In this document: piece by piece, positions 24,611 to 39,600 of the stretch
Numbering within the stretch: the first letter of the stretch is position 1
Layout of the letters: the number at the start of each line of letters is the position of its first letter
Assembly (NCBI GenBank): GCA_964016885.1
Contig: OZ024741.1
Location: 159,836,001-159,900,000 of the forward strand
Length of the DNA: 64,000 nucleotides
Direction: 5' to 3'
Origin: Eledone cirrhosa
Taxonomy: Eukaryota
Program-made: the position numbers and the translations under genes
The notes under the pieces: model-generated
Database searches by the model: none
The model's input: the letters and a program-made list of their open reading frames with translations, nothing else
Told to the model about the DNA's origin: nothing

Positions 24611-27600
24611 AGATTTAGCTGAGATTTAGGTGAGATTTAGCTTAGATTTAACTAAGATTTTGGTGAGATTTTGCTTATATTTAGCTTAGATTTAGGTGAG
24701 ATTTAGCTTAGATTTAGCTTAGATGTAGGTGAGATTTAGCTTAGAGTTAGCTTAGATTTAGGTGAGATTTAGCTTAGATTTAGCTTAGATTTAGGTGAGA
24801 TTTAGCTTATATTTAGCTTATATTTAGGTGATATTTAGGGTAGATTTAGGTGAGATTTAGTTTATATTTAGCTTATAATTAGGTGAGATTTAGCTTAGAT
24901 TTAGCATAGATTTAGGTGAGATTTAGCTTCGATTTAGCTTCGATTTAGCTTATATTTAGCTTAGATTTAGGTGAGATTTAGGTGAGATTTAGCTTAGATT
25001 GAGCTTAGATTTAGGTGAGATTTAGCTTAGATTTAACTTAGATGTAGGTGAGATTCAGCTTAGATTTAGCTTAGATTTAGGTGAGATTTAGCTTATATTT
25101 AGCTTAGATTTAGGTGATATTTAGCTTAGATTTAGGTGAGATTTAGTTTATATTTCGCTTAGAATTAGATGAGATTTAGTTTAGATTTAGCTTAGATTTA
25201 GCTTCGATTTAGCTTAGATTTAGGTGAGATTTAGCTTATATTTAGCTTAGATTTAGGTCATATTTCGCTTATATTTAGCATATATTTAGGTGACATTTGG
25301 CTTAGATTTAGCTTAGATTTAGGTGAGATATAGCTTATATTTAGCTTAGATTAAGGTGACATTTAGCTAATATTTAGCTTAGATTTAGGTGAGATTTAGT
25401 TTAGATTTAGGTAAGATTTAGCTTATATTTAACTTAAATTTATGTGAGATTTAGCTTAGATTTCGCTTAGATTAAAGTGAGATTTAGCTTATATTTAGCT
25501 TAGATTTAGGTGAAATTTAGCTTAGATTTAGTTGAGATTTTGCTTATATTTACCTTAGATTTAGGTGAGACTTAGCTTAGATTTAGCTTAGATTTAGGTG
25601 AGATTTAGCTTCGATTTAGATGAGCTTTAGGTGAGATTTAGCTTATATTTAGCTTAGATTTAGGTGAGATTTAGCTTAGATTTAGCTTAGATTTAGCTTA
25701 GATTTAGCTGTGATTTAGCTTAGATTTAGCTGAGATTTAGGTGAGATTTACCATAGATTGAGCTTAGATTTAGGTGAGATTTAGCTATGATTTATCTTAG
25801 ATTTAGGTGTGATTTAGCTTATATTTAGCTTAGATTAAGGTGAGATTTAGCTAATATTTAGCTTAGATTTAGGTGAGATTTAGTTTAGATTTAGGTGAGA
25901 TTTAGCTTATATTTAACTTAGATTTATGTGAGATTTAGCTTATATTTTGCTTAGATTAAAGTGAGATTTAGCTTATATTTAGCTTAGATTTAGGTGAGGT
26001 TTAGCTGAGATTTAGATTAGATTTAGGTGTAATTTAGCTCATATTTACCTTATATTTAGGTGGGATTTAGCCTATATTTAGCTTAGATTTAGGTGAGATG
26101 TAGCTTAGATTTAGGTGAGATTTAGCTTAGATTTAGCTTAGATTTAGGTGAGATTTAGCTTAGATTTAGCTTAGATTTAGGTGAGATTTAGCTTAGAGTT
26201 AGCTTAGATTTAGGTGAGATTTAGCTTAGATTTAGCTTAGATTTAGGTGAGATTTAGCTTATATTTAGCTTATATTTAGGTGATATTTAGGGTAGATTTA
26301 GGTGAGATTTAGTTTATATTTAGCTTATAATTAGGTGAGATTTAGCTTAGATTTAGCATAGATTTAGGTGAGATTTAGCTTCGATTTAGCTTCGATTTAG
26401 CTTATATTTAGCTTAGATTTAGGTGAGATTTAGGTGAGATTTAGCTTAGATTGAGCTTAGATTTAGGTGAGATTTAGCTTAGATTTAACTTAGATGTAGG
26501 TGAGATTCAGCTTAGATTTAGCTTAGATTTAGGTGAGATTTAGCTTATATTTAGCTTAGATTTAGGTGATATTTAGCTTAGATTTAGGTGAGATTTAGTT
26601 TATATTTCGCTTAGAATTAGATGAGATTTAGTTTAGATTTAGCTTAGATTTAGCTTCGATTTAGCTTAGATTTAGGTGAGATTTAGCTTATATTTAGCTT
26701 AGATTTAGGTCATATTTCGCTTATATTTAGCATATATTTAGGTGACATTTGGCTTAGATTTAGCTTAGATTTAGGTGAGATATAGCTTATATTTAGCTTA
26801 GATTAAGGTGACATTTAGCTAATATTTAGCTTAGATTTAGGTGAGATTTAGTTTAGATTTAGGTAAGATTTAGCTTATATTTAACTTAAATTTATGTGAG
26901 ATTTAGCTTAGATTTCGCTTAGATTAAAGTGAGATTTAGCTTATATTTAGCTTAGATTTAGGTGAAATTTAGCTTAGATTTAGTTGAGATTTTGCTTATA
27001 TTTACCTTAGATTTAGGTGAGACTTAGCTTAGATTTAGGTGAGATTTAGCTTCGATTTAGATGAGCTTTAGGTGAGATTTAGCTTATATTTAGCTTAGAT
27101 TTAGGTGAGATTTAGCTTAGATTTAGCTTAGATTTAGCTTAGATTTAGCTGTGATTTAGCTTAGATTTAGCTGAGATTTAGGTGAGATTTACCATAGATT
27201 GAGCTTAGATTTAGGTGAGATTTAGCTATGATTTATCTTAGATTTAGGTGTGATTTAGCTTATATTTAGCTTAGATTAAGGTGAGATTTAGCTAATATTT
27301 AGCTTAGATTTAGGTGAGATTTAGTTTAGATTTAGGTGAGATTTAGCTTATATTTAACTTAGATTTATGTGAGATTTAGCTTATATTTTGCTTAGATTAA
27401 AGTGAGATTTAGCTTATATTTAGCTTAGATTTAGGTGAGGTTTAGCTGAGATTTAGATTAGATTTAGGTGTAATTTAGCTCATATTTACCTTATATTTAG
27501 GTGGGATTTAGCCTATATTTAGCTTAGATTTAGGTGAGATGTAGCTTAGATTTAGGTGAGATTTAGCTTAGATTTAGCTTAGATTTAGGTGAGATTTAGC

Positions 27601-30600
27601 TTAGATTTAGCTTAGATTTAGGTGAGATTTAGCTTAGATTTAGCTTAGATTTAGGTTACATTTAGTATGGATTTATCTTAGATTTAGCTGAGATTTAGGT
27701 GAGATTTAGCTTATATTTAGCTTATATTTAGGTGATATTTAGGGTAGATTTAGGTGAGATTTAGTTTATATTTAGCTTATAATTAGGTGAGATTTAGCTT
27801 AGATTTAGCATAGATTTAGGTGAGATTTAGCTTCGATTTAGCTTCGATTTAGCTTATATTTAGCTTAGATTTAGGTGAGATTTAGGTGAGATTTAGCTTA
27901 GATTGAGCTTAGATTTAGGTGAGATTTAGCTTAGATTTAACTTAGATGTAGGTGAGATTCAGCTTAGATTTAGCTTAGATTTAGGTGAGATTTAGCTTAT
28001 ATTTAGCTTAGATTTAGGTGATATTTAGCTTAGATTTAGCTTAGATTTAGGTAAGTTTTAGCTTAGATTTAGGTGAGATTTAGTTTATATTTAGCTTAGA
28101 ATTAGATGAGATTTAGTTTAGATTTAGCTTAGATTTAGGTGAGATTTAGCTTCGATTTAGCTTAGATTTAGGTGAGATTTAGCTTCGATTTAGATGAGCT
28201 TTAGGTGAGATTTAGCTTATATTTAGCTTAGATTTAGGTGAGATTTAGCTTAGATTTAGCTTAGATTTAGCTGTGTTTTAGCTTAGATTGAGCTTAGATT
28301 TAGGTGAGATTTAGCTTAGATTTAGCTTAGATTTAGGTGAGGTTTAGCTATGATTTATCTTAGATTTAGGTGGGATTTAGCTTATATTTAGCTTAGATTA
28401 AGGTGAGATTTAGCTAATATTTAGCTTAGATTTAGGTGAGATTTAGTTTAGATTTAGGTGAGATTTAGCTTATATTTAACTTAGATTTATGTGAGATTTA
28501 GCTTAGATTTTGCTTAGATTAAAGTGAGATTTAGCTTATATTTAGCTTAGATTTAGGTGAGGTTTAGCTGAGATTTAGATTAGATTTAGGTGTAATTTAG
28601 CTCATATTTACCTTATATTTAGGTGAGATTTAGCCTATATTTAGCTTAGATTTAGGTGAGATGTAGCTTAGATTTAGGTGAGATTTAGCTTAGATTTAGC
28701 TTAGATTTAGGTGAGATTTAGCTTAGATTTAGCTTAGATTTAGGTGAGATTTAGCTTAGATTTAGCTTAGATTTAGGTGACATTTAGTATGGATTTATCT
28801 TAGATTTAGCTGAGATTTAGGTGAGATTTAGCTTAGATTGAGCTTAGATTTAGTTGAGATTTAGCTTAGATTTAGCTTAGATTTAAGTGAGGTTTAGCTA
28901 TGATTTAGCTTATATTTAGGTGTGATGTAGTTCATATTTAGCTAAGATTTAGGTGTGATTTAGCCTATATTTAGCTTATATTTTGTTGAATTTAGTTGAG
29001 ATTTAGCTTACATTTAGATGAGATTTAGCTAATATTTAGCTTAGATTTAGGTGAGATTTAGCTGAGATTTAGGTGAGATTTAGGTTACATTTTGCTTAGA
29101 TTTATGTGAGATTTAGCCTATATGAACTTAGATTTAGGTGAGATTTAGGTTATATTTAGCTTAGATTTAGGTGAGGTTTAGCTTAGATTTAGCTTAGATT
29201 TAGGTGTAATTTTGCTCATATTTACCTTATATTTAGGTGAGATTTAGCCTATATTTAGCTTAGATTTAAGTGAGATGTAGCTTATATTTAGGTGAGATTT
29301 AGCTTAAATTTAGCTTAGATTTAGGTGAGATTTAGCTTAGATTTAGCTTAGATTTAGGTGAGATTTAGCTTAGATTTAGCTTAGATTTAGGTGACATTTA
29401 GTATGGATTTATCTTAGATTTAGCTGAGATTTAGGTGAGATTTAGCTTAGATTGAGCTTAGATTTAGGTGAGATTTAGCTTAGATTTAGCTTAGATTTAA
29501 GTGAGGTTTAGCTATGATTTAGCTTATATTTAGGTGTGATGTAGTTCATATTTAGCTAAGATTTAGGTGTGATTTAGCTTATATTTTGTTGAAATTTAGT
29601 TGAGATTTCGCTTACATTTAGATGAGATTTAGCTAATATTTAGGTGAGATTTAGCTGAGATTTAGGTGAGATTTAGGTTACATTTTGCTTAGATTTATGT
29701 GAGATTTAGCCTATATTAACTTAGATTTAGGTGAGATTTAGCTTATATTTAGCTTAGATTAAGTTGAGATTTCGCTCATATTTAGCATAGATTTAGGTGA
29801 CATTTAGCTTAGATTTAGCTTAGATTTAGGTGAGATTTAGCTTAGATTTATAGCTTAGATTAAGGTGAGATTTAGCTGATATTTAGCTTAGATTTAGGTG
29901 AGATTTAGCTTATATTTAAGTGAGATTTAGCCTATATTTAGCTTAGATTTAGGTGAGATATAGCTTAGATTTCGCTTAGATTAAGGTGAGATTTAGCTCG
30001 TATTTAGCTTAGATTTAGGTGAGATTTAGCTTAGATTTAGCTTAGATTTAGGTGAGATTTAGCTTAGATTTAGATGAGATTTAGGTGAAATTTAGCTTAT
30101 ATTTAGCATAGATTTAATTAAGTTTTAGCTTAGATTTAGGTGAGATTTAGTTTATATTTAGCTTAGTTTTAGGTGAGATTTAGCTTAGATTCAGGTGAGA
30201 TTTAGCTTAGATTTAACTTAGATGTAAATGAGATTAAGCTTAGATTTAGGTTATATTTAGGTGAGATTTAGCTTATATTTAGCTTAGATTTAGGTGATAT
30301 TTAGCATAGATTTAGCTTAGATTTAGGTAAGTTTTAGCTTAGATTTAGGTGAGATTTAGTTTATATTTAGCTTAGAATTAGATGAGATTTAGCTTAGATT
30401 TAGCTTAGATTTAGGTGAGATTTAGCTTTGATTTAGCTGAGATTTAGGTGAGATTTAGCTTATATTTAGCTTTGATTTAGGTGAGATTTAGCTTAGATTT
30501 AGCTTAGATTTAGCTGTGATTTAGCTCAGATTTAGCTGAGATTTAGGTGAGATTTAGCTTAGATTGATCGTAGATTTAGATGAGATTTAGCTTAGATTTA

Positions 30601-33600
30601 GCTTAGATTTAGCTTAGATTTAGATGAGGTTTAGCTATGATTTAGCTTACATTTAGGTGAGATTTAGCTCATATTAGCTTAGATTTAGGTCAGATTTCGC
30701 TTATATTTAGCATAGATTTAGGTGACATTTAGCTTAGATTAACTTAGATTTAGGTGAAATATGGCTTATATTTAGCTTAGATTTAGGTGAGATTTAGCTT
30801 AGGTTTATGTGGGATTTAGCTTACATTTACTTTAGATTTAGGTGAGATTTAGCTTATATTTAGATTAGATTTAGGTGATATTTAGCTTAGATTTAGGTAA
30901 GCTTTAGCTTAGATTTAGGTGAGATTTAGTTTATATTTAGCTTATAATTAGGTGAGATTTAGATTAAATTTAGCTTAGATTTAGGTGAGATTTAGCTTCG
31001 ATTTAGCTTCGGTTTAGGTGAGATTTACCTTATATTTAGATTATATTTAGGTGAGATTTAGTTTAGATTTAGCTTAGATTTAGCTGTGATTTAGCTTAGA
31101 TTTAGCTGAGATTTAGGTGAGATTTCACTTAGATTGAGCTTAGATTTAGGTGAGATTTAGCTTAGATTTAGGTGAGATTTAGGTTATATTTAGCATTGAT
31201 TTAGGTGAGATTTAGCTTACATTTAGGTGTGATTTAACTTATATTTAGCGTAAATTTAGGTGAGATTTAAATTAGATTTAACTTAGATTTAGGTGAGATT
31301 TAGCTTAGATTGACGTGAGATTTAGGTTACATTTAGCTTAGATTTATGTGAGATTTAGCGTATATTAACTTAGATTTAGGTGAGATTTAGCTTAAGATTT
31401 AGTTAAGAATTAGGTGAGATTTAGCTTATATTTAGCTTAGATTAAGGTGAGATTTAGCTAATATTTAGCTTAGATTTAGGTGAGATTTAGCTTAGACTTA
31501 GGTGAGATTTAGCCTATATTTAGCTGAGATTAAGGTGAGATTTAGCTTATATTTAGCTTATATTTAGGTGAAGTTTAGCTTATATTTAGCTTAGACTTAG
31601 TTCAGATTTCGCCTATATTTAGCATAGATTTAGGTGAGATTTAGTTTATATTTAGCCTATAATTAGATGAGATTTAGCTTAGATTGAGCTTAGATTTAGG
31701 TGAGATTTAGCTTCCATTTAGCTGAGATTTAGGTGAGATATAGCTTATATTTAGCTTAGATTAAGGTGAGATTTAACTAATATTTAGCTTAGATTTAGGT
31801 GAGATTTTGTTTAGATTTAGGTGAGATTTAGCTTAGATTTAGCTGAGATTTAGGTGAGATTTAACTTAGATTGAGCTTAGATTTAGGTCAGATTTAGCTT
31901 AGATTTAGCTTAGATTTAGGTGAGATTTAGCTTATATTTAGCATTGATTTAGGTGAGATTTAGCTTTCATTTAGGTGTGATTTAACTTATACTTAGCTTA
32001 GATTTAGGTGAGATTTAGCTTAGATTTACCTTAGATTTTGGTGAGATTTAGCTTAGATTGAGGTGAGATTTAGGTTACATTTAGCTTAGATTTATGTGAG
32101 ATTTAGCCTATATTAACTTAGATTTAGGTGAGATTTAGCTTAGATTTAGTTAAGAATTAAGTGAGATTTAGCTTATATTTAGCTTAGATTAAGGTGAGAT
32201 TTAGCTAATATTTAGCTTAGATTTAGGTGAGATTTAGCTTAGACTTAGGTGAGATTGAGCCTCTATTTAGCTGAGATTAAGGTGAGATTTAGCTCATATT
32301 TAGCTTATATTTAGGTGAAATTTAGCTTATATTTAGCTTAGACTTAGTTCAGATTTCGCCAATATTTAGCATAGATTTAGGTGAGATTTAGTTTATATTT
32401 AGCCTATAATTAGATGAGATTTAGCTTAGATTGAGCTTAGATTTATGTGAGATTTAGCTTCCATTTAGCTGAGATTTAGGTGAGATATAGCTTATATTTA
32501 GCTTAGATTAAGGTGAGATTTAACTAATATTTAGCTTAGATTTAGGGGAGATTTCATTTAGATTTAGGGGAGATTTAGCTTAGATTTCGCTTAGATTAAG
32601 GTCAGATTTAGCTCATATTTAGCTTAGTTTTAGGTGAGATTTAACTTAGATTTAGGTGAGATTTAGCTTAGATTTAGCTTAGATTTATGTGGGATTTACT
32701 TAGATTTAGCTGAGATTTATGTGAGATTTAGCTTATATTTAGCTTAGATTTAGGTGATATTTAACTTAGATTCAGCTTAGATTTAGGTAAGTTTTAGCTT
32801 AGATTTAGGTGAGATTTAGTTTATATTTAGCTTAGAATTAGGTGAAATTTAGCTTAGATTTAGTTTAGATTTAGGTGAGATGTAGCTTCGATTTAGCTGA
32901 AATTTAGGTGAGATTTAGCTTAGATTTAGCTTAGATTTAGGTGAGGTTTAGCTTAAATTTAGGTGAGATTTAGCTTATATTCAACTTAGATTTATGTGAG
33001 ACATAGCTTAGATTTCGCTTAGATTAAAGTGAGATTTAGCTTATATTTAGCTTAGATTTAGGTGAGGTTCAGCTTAGATTTAGCTTAGATTTAGGTGAGA
33101 TTTAGCTTAGATTGAGTTTAGATTTAGGTGAGATTTAGTTTAGATTTAGCTTAGATTTAGGTGAGGTTTAGCTTATATTTAGCTTAGATTTAGGTGAAAT
33201 TTAACTTATATTTAGGTGAAATTTAGCTTATATCTAGCTTAGATTTAGGTGAAATTTAGCTTATATTTAGCTTAGATTTAATTCAGATTTCGCTTATACT
33301 TACCATAGATTTAGGTGACATTTAGCTTAGATTTAGGTGAGATATAGCTTATATTTAGCTTAGATTAAGGTGAGATTTAGCTAATATTTACCTTAGATTT
33401 AGGTGAGATTTAGCTTAGACTTAGGTGAGATTTATCCTATATTTAGCTGAGATTTAGGTGAGATTTAGCTTATATTTAGTTATATTTAGGTGATATTTAG
33501 CTTAGATTCAGCTTAGATTTAGGTAAGTTTTAGCTTAGATTTAGGTGAGATTTAGTTTATATTTAGCTTCGATTTAGCTGAGATTTAGCTGTGATTTAGC

Positions 33601-36600
33601 TTAGATTTAGCTGAGAATTAGGTGAGATGTAGCGTAGATTGAGCTTAGATTTAGGTGAGATTTAGTTTAGATTTAGCTGAGATTTAGGTGAGGTTTAGCT
33701 ATGATTAATTTAGATTTAGATGTGATTTAGCTCATATTAAGCTTAGATTTAGTTCAGATTTAGCTTATATGTAGCATATATTTAGGTGAGATTTAGCTTA
33801 GATTCAGCTTCTACTTAGGTGAGATATAGCTTATATTTAGCTTAGATTAAGGTAGATTTAGCTTAGATTTAGGTTAGATTTAGTTTAGATTTATGTGAGA
33901 CATAGCTTAGATTTCGCTTAGATTAAAGTGAGATTTAGCTTATATTTAGCTTAGATTTAGGTGAGATTTAGCTTAGATGTAGCTTAGGTTTAGGTGTAAT
34001 TTAGCTCATATTTAACTTATATTTAGGTGAGCTTTAGCCTATATTTAGCTTAGATTTATGTGAGATTTAGCTTAGATTTAGGTGAGATATAGTATAGATT
34101 TAGCTTAGATTTAGGTGAGGTTTAACTATGATTTAGCTTATATTTAGGTGTGATGTATCTTAAATTTAGCTTACATTTAGGTGAGATTTAGCTTATATTT
34201 ATCTTAAAATTAGGTCAGATTTCGGTTATATTTAGCATAGATTTAGGTGACATTTAGCTTTGATTAACTTAAATTCAGGTAAGATATAGCTTATATTTAG
34301 TTAGATCAAGGTGAGATTTAGCTAATATTTAGCTTATATTTAGGTGAGATTTAGCTTAGATTTAGGTGAGATATAGGTTACATTTAGCTTAGATTTATGT
34401 GAGATTTAGCCTATATTAACTTAGATTTAGTTGAGATGTAGCTTTGATTTAGTTTAGATTTAGGTGAGATTTAGCTTATATTTAGCTTAGATTTAGGTGA
34501 AATTTAGCTTATATTTAGCTTAGATTTAGATTAGATTTAGCTTACATTCAGGCGAGAGTTAGCTTATAGTTAGCTTAGATTTAGTTGAAATTTAGCTTAT
34601 ATTTAGATTAGATTTAGTTCAGATTTCGCCTATATTTAGCATAGATTTAGGTGACATTTAGCTTAGATTTAGCTTAGATTTAGGTGAGATATAGCTTATT
34701 TTTAGCTTAGATTAAGGTGAGATTTAGCTAATATTTAGGTGAAATTTAGCCTATATTTAGCTTAGATTTAGGTGAGATTTAGCTAAGATTTCGCTTAGAT
34801 TAAGGTCAGATTTAGGTGAGATTTAACTTAGATTTAGGTGAGATTTGGCTTATATTTAGCTTAGATTTAGGTGAGATTTAGCGTAGATTTAGTTTAGATT
34901 TAGGTGAGATTTAGCTTAGATTTAGGTGAGATTTAGCTTAGATTTAACTTAGATTTAAATGAGATTTTGCTTATATTTAGCTTAGATTTAGGTGAGATTT
35001 AGCGTAGATTTAGCTTAGATTTAGGTGAGATTTAGCGTAGATTTAGCTTAGATTTAGGTGAGATTTAGCTTATATTTAGCTTAGATTTAGGTGATATTTA
35101 GCTTAGATTTAGGTAAGTTTTAGCTTAGATTTATGTGAGATTTAGTTTATATTTAGCTTAGAATTAGGTGAGATTTAGCTTAGATTTAGCTTAGATTTAG
35201 GTGAGATTTAGCTTCGATTTAGCAGAAATTTAGGTGAGATTTAGCTAATATTAGCTTAGATTTAGGTGAGATTTGGCTTAGATTTAGCTTAGATTTAGGT
35301 GAGGTTTAGTTTAGATTTAGGTGAGATTTAGCTTATATTTAACTTAGATTTATGGGAGACATAGCTTAGATTTTGCTTAGATTAAAGTGAGATTTAGCTT
35401 ATATTTAGCTTAGATCTAGCTGAGGTTCAGCTTAGATTTAGCTTAAATTTAGTTGAGATTTAGCTTAGATTGAGCTTAGATTTAGTTGAGGTTTAGCTAT
35501 GATTTAGCTTAGATTTACCTGTGATTTAGCTCAGATTTAGCTGAGATTTAGGTGAGATTTAGCTTAAATTGATCTTAGATTTAGGTGAGATTTAGCTTAG
35601 ATTTAGCTTAGATTTTGCTTAGATTTAGGTGAGATTTAGCTATGATTTAGCTTACATTTAGGTGAGATTTAGCTTATATTTAGCTTAGATTTAGGTCAGA
35701 TTTCGCTTATATTTAGCATAGATTTAGGTGACATTTAGCTTAGATTAACTTAGATGTAGGTGAGATATAGCTTATATTTAGCTTAGATTAAGATGAGATT
35801 TAGCTAATATTTAGTTTAGATTTAGGTGAGATTTAGCTTAGGTTTAGCTGAGATTTAGCTTAGATTTTGTTTAGATTTAGGTGAGATTTAGCTTATATTT
35901 AGATTAGATTTAGTTGAAATTTAGCTTATATTTAGCTTAGATTTAGGTGATATTTAGCTTAGATGTAGGTAAGTTTTAGCTTAGATTTAGCTTAGATTTA
36001 GATTAAATTTAGCTTAGATTTAGGTGAGATTTAGCTTCGATTTACCTTCAATTTAGGTGAGATTTACCTTAAATTTAGCTTATATTTAGGTGAGATTTAG
36101 ATTAGATTTAGCTTAGATTTAGCTGTGATTTAGCTTAGATTTAGCTGAGATTTAGGTGAGATTTAACTTAGATTGTGCTTAGATTTAGGTGAGATTTAGC
36201 TTATATTTAGCATTGATTTAGGTGAGATTTAGCTTACATTTAGGTGTGATTTAACTTATATTTAGCGTAGATTTTGGTGAGATTTAGCTTAGATTTACCT
36301 TAGATTTAGGTGAGATTTAGCTTAGATTTAACTTAGATTTAGATGAGATTTAGCTTAGATTGAGGTGAGATTTAGGTTACATTTAGCTTAGATTTATGTG
36401 AGATTTAGCCTATATTAACTTAGATTTAGCTTAGATTTAGCTTAGATTTAGTTAAGAATTAGGTGAGATTTAGCTCATATTTAGCTTAGATTAAGGTGAG
36501 ATTTAGCTAATATTCAGCTTAGATTTAGGTGAGATTTAGCATAGATTTAGGTGAGATTTAGCCTATATTTAGCTGACATTAAGGTGAGATTTAGCTTATA

Positions 36601-39600
36601 TTTAGCTTACATTTAGGTGAAATTTAGCTTATATTTAGCTTAGACTTAGTTCAGATTTCGCCTATATTTAGCATAGATTTAGGTGAGATTTAGTTTATAT
36701 TTAGTCTATAATTAGATGAGATTTAGCTTAGATTGAGCTTAGATTTAGGTGAGATTTAGATTCGATTTCGCTGAGATTCAGGTGAGATATAGCTTATATT
36801 TAGCTTAGATTAAGGTGAGAATTAACTAATATTTAGCTTAGATTTAGATGAGATTTTGTCTAGATTTAGGTGAGATTTAGCTTAGATTTAGCTTAGATTT
36901 AGGTGAGATTTAGCTTAGATTTAACCTAGATTTAGGTGAGATTTACCTCAGATTTAGCTTAGATTTAGGTTGGATTTAGCTTAGATTTAGCTGAGATTTA
37001 TGTGAGATTTAGCTTATATTTAGCTTAGATTTAGGTTATATTTAGCTTAGATTCAGCTTAGATTTAGGTTAGTTTTAGCTTAGATTTAGGTGAGATTTAG
37101 TTCATATTTAGCTTAGATTTAGGTGAGATTTAGCTTAGATTTAGCTGAGATTTAGGTGAGGTTTAACTATGATTTAGTTTAGATTTAGNNNNNNNNNNNN
37201 NNNNNNNNNNNNNNNNNNNNNNNNNNNNNNNNNNNNNNNNNNNNNNNNNNNNNNNNNNNNNNNNNNNNNNNNNNNNNNNNNNNNNNNNNNNNNNNNNNNN
37301 NNNNNNNNNNNNNNNNNNNNNNNNNNNNNNNNNNNNNNNNNNNNNNNNNNNNNNNNNNNNNNNNNNNNNNNNNNNNNNNNNNNNNNNNTAGCTTATATTT
37401 AGCTTAGATTTACATGAGATTTAGCTTAGATTTAGCGTAGATTTAGGTTAGATTTAGCTTAGATTTAGGTGAGATTTAGCTTAGTTTTAGGTGACATTTA
37501 GCTTATATTTAGCTTAGATTTAGGTGAGATTTAGCTTATATTTAGCTTAGATTAAGGTGAGACTTAGCTTAGATTTAATTTACATTTAGATGAGATTTAG
37601 CTTATATTTAGCTTAGATTTAGGTGAGATTTAACTTAGATTTAGCTTATATTTAAGTTTGATTTAGCTTAGATTTAGCGTAGGAATATGTGAGATTTAAT
37701 TTAGATTTAGGTGAGATTAGCTTATATTTAGCTTAGATTTAGGTGAGATTTAGCTTATATTTAGCTTAGATTTAGGTGAGATTCAACTTAGATTTAGCTT
37801 AGATTTATGTGAGATTTAGCTTATATTTAGGCGAGATTTAACCTATATTTAGCTTAGATTTAGGTGAGATTTAGCTTAGATTTAGCTGAGATTTAGGTGA
37901 GATTTAGCTAAGATTTAGGTTATATTTAAGTGACATTTACATTAGATTTAGCTTAGATTTATGTGAGATTTAGATTATATTTAGCTTAGATTTTGGTGAG
38001 ATTTAGCTTATATTTAGCTTAGATTTAGGTGAGATTTAGCATAGATTTAATTTAGATTTAGTTGAAATTTAGCTCATATTTAGCTTAGACTTAGGTCAGA
38101 TTTAGCTTATATTTAGCTGAGATTTAGGTGAGATTTAGTTTAGATGTAGCTTATATTTAGGTTAGATTTAGCTTAGATTTAGCTTACATTTATGTGAGAT
38201 TTAGCTTAGATTTAGCTTAGATTTAGGGGAGATTTAGCTTATATTTAGGTTAGATTTATGTGAGATTTAGCTTAGAATTAGCTTAGATTTAGGTGAGATT
38301 TAGCTTAGATTTAGGTGAGATTTAGCTTAGATTTAGCTTATATTTAGCTTAGATTTAGCTTAGATTTAGCTTAGATTTAGGTGAGATTTAGCGTATATTT
38401 AGCTTAGATTTAGGTGAGATTTAGCTTAGATTTAACTTAGATTTAGGTGAGATTTAGCTTATATTTCGCTTAGATTTAAGTGAGATTTACCTTATATTTA
38501 GCTTAGATTTAGGTGAGATTTAACATAGATTCAACTTAGATTTAGGTGAAATTTAGCTCATATTTAGCTTAGACTTAGGTGATATTTCGCTTATATTTAG
38601 CAGAGATTTAGGTGAGATTTAGTTTAGATTTAGCTTATATTTAGGGTAGATTTAGCTTAGATTCAGCTTAGATTTATGTGAGATTTAGCTTAGATTTAGC
38701 TTAGATTTAGGTGAGATTTAGCTTATATTTAGCTTAGATTTAGGTGAGATTTAGGTTAGAATTAGATTAGATATAGGTGAGATTTAGCTTAGATTTAGGT
38801 GAGATTTAGCTTATATTTAGCTTAGAATTAGGTGAGATTTAACTTATATTTAGCTTAGATTTGCGTGAAATTTAGCCTATACTTATCTTAGATTTAGGTG
38901 AGATTTAGTTTAGATTTAGGTGAGATTTAGCTTAGATTTAGTGTAGATTTAGCTTATATTTAGCTTAGATTTAGGTGCGATTTAGATTAGATTTAGCTCA
39001 GATTCATGTGAGATTTAACTTAGATTTAGCTCATATTTAGGGGAGATTTAGCTTAGATTATGTTAGATTTAGGTGAGATTTAGCTTATATGTAGCTTAGA
39101 TTTAGGTGAGATTTTTGTGAGATTTAGCTTAGATTTATCTTTGATTTATATGAGTTTTAGCTTAGATTTCGCCTATATTAAGGTGAGATTTAACTTAGAT
39201 ATACCTTAGATTTAGGTGAGATTTAGTTTATATTTAGTTACATTTAGGTGAGATTTAGGTGAGAATCAGCTGAGATTTAGCTTAGATTTAGGTGAGATTT
39301 AGCTAATATTTGGCTTAGATTTAGCTTATATTTAGCGTAGATTTAGGTTAGATTTAGCTTAGATTTAGGTGAGATTTAGCTTAGTTTTAGGTGACATTTA
39401 GCTTATATTTAGCTTAGATTTAGGTGAGATTTAGCTTATATTTAGCTTAGATTAATGTGAGATTTAGCTTAGATTTAATTTAGATTTAGATGAGATTTAG
39501 CTTATATTTAGCTTAGATTTAGGTGAGATTTAACTTAGATTTAGCTTATATTTAAGTTTGATTTAGCTTAGATTTAGTGTAGCAATATGTGAGATTTAAG

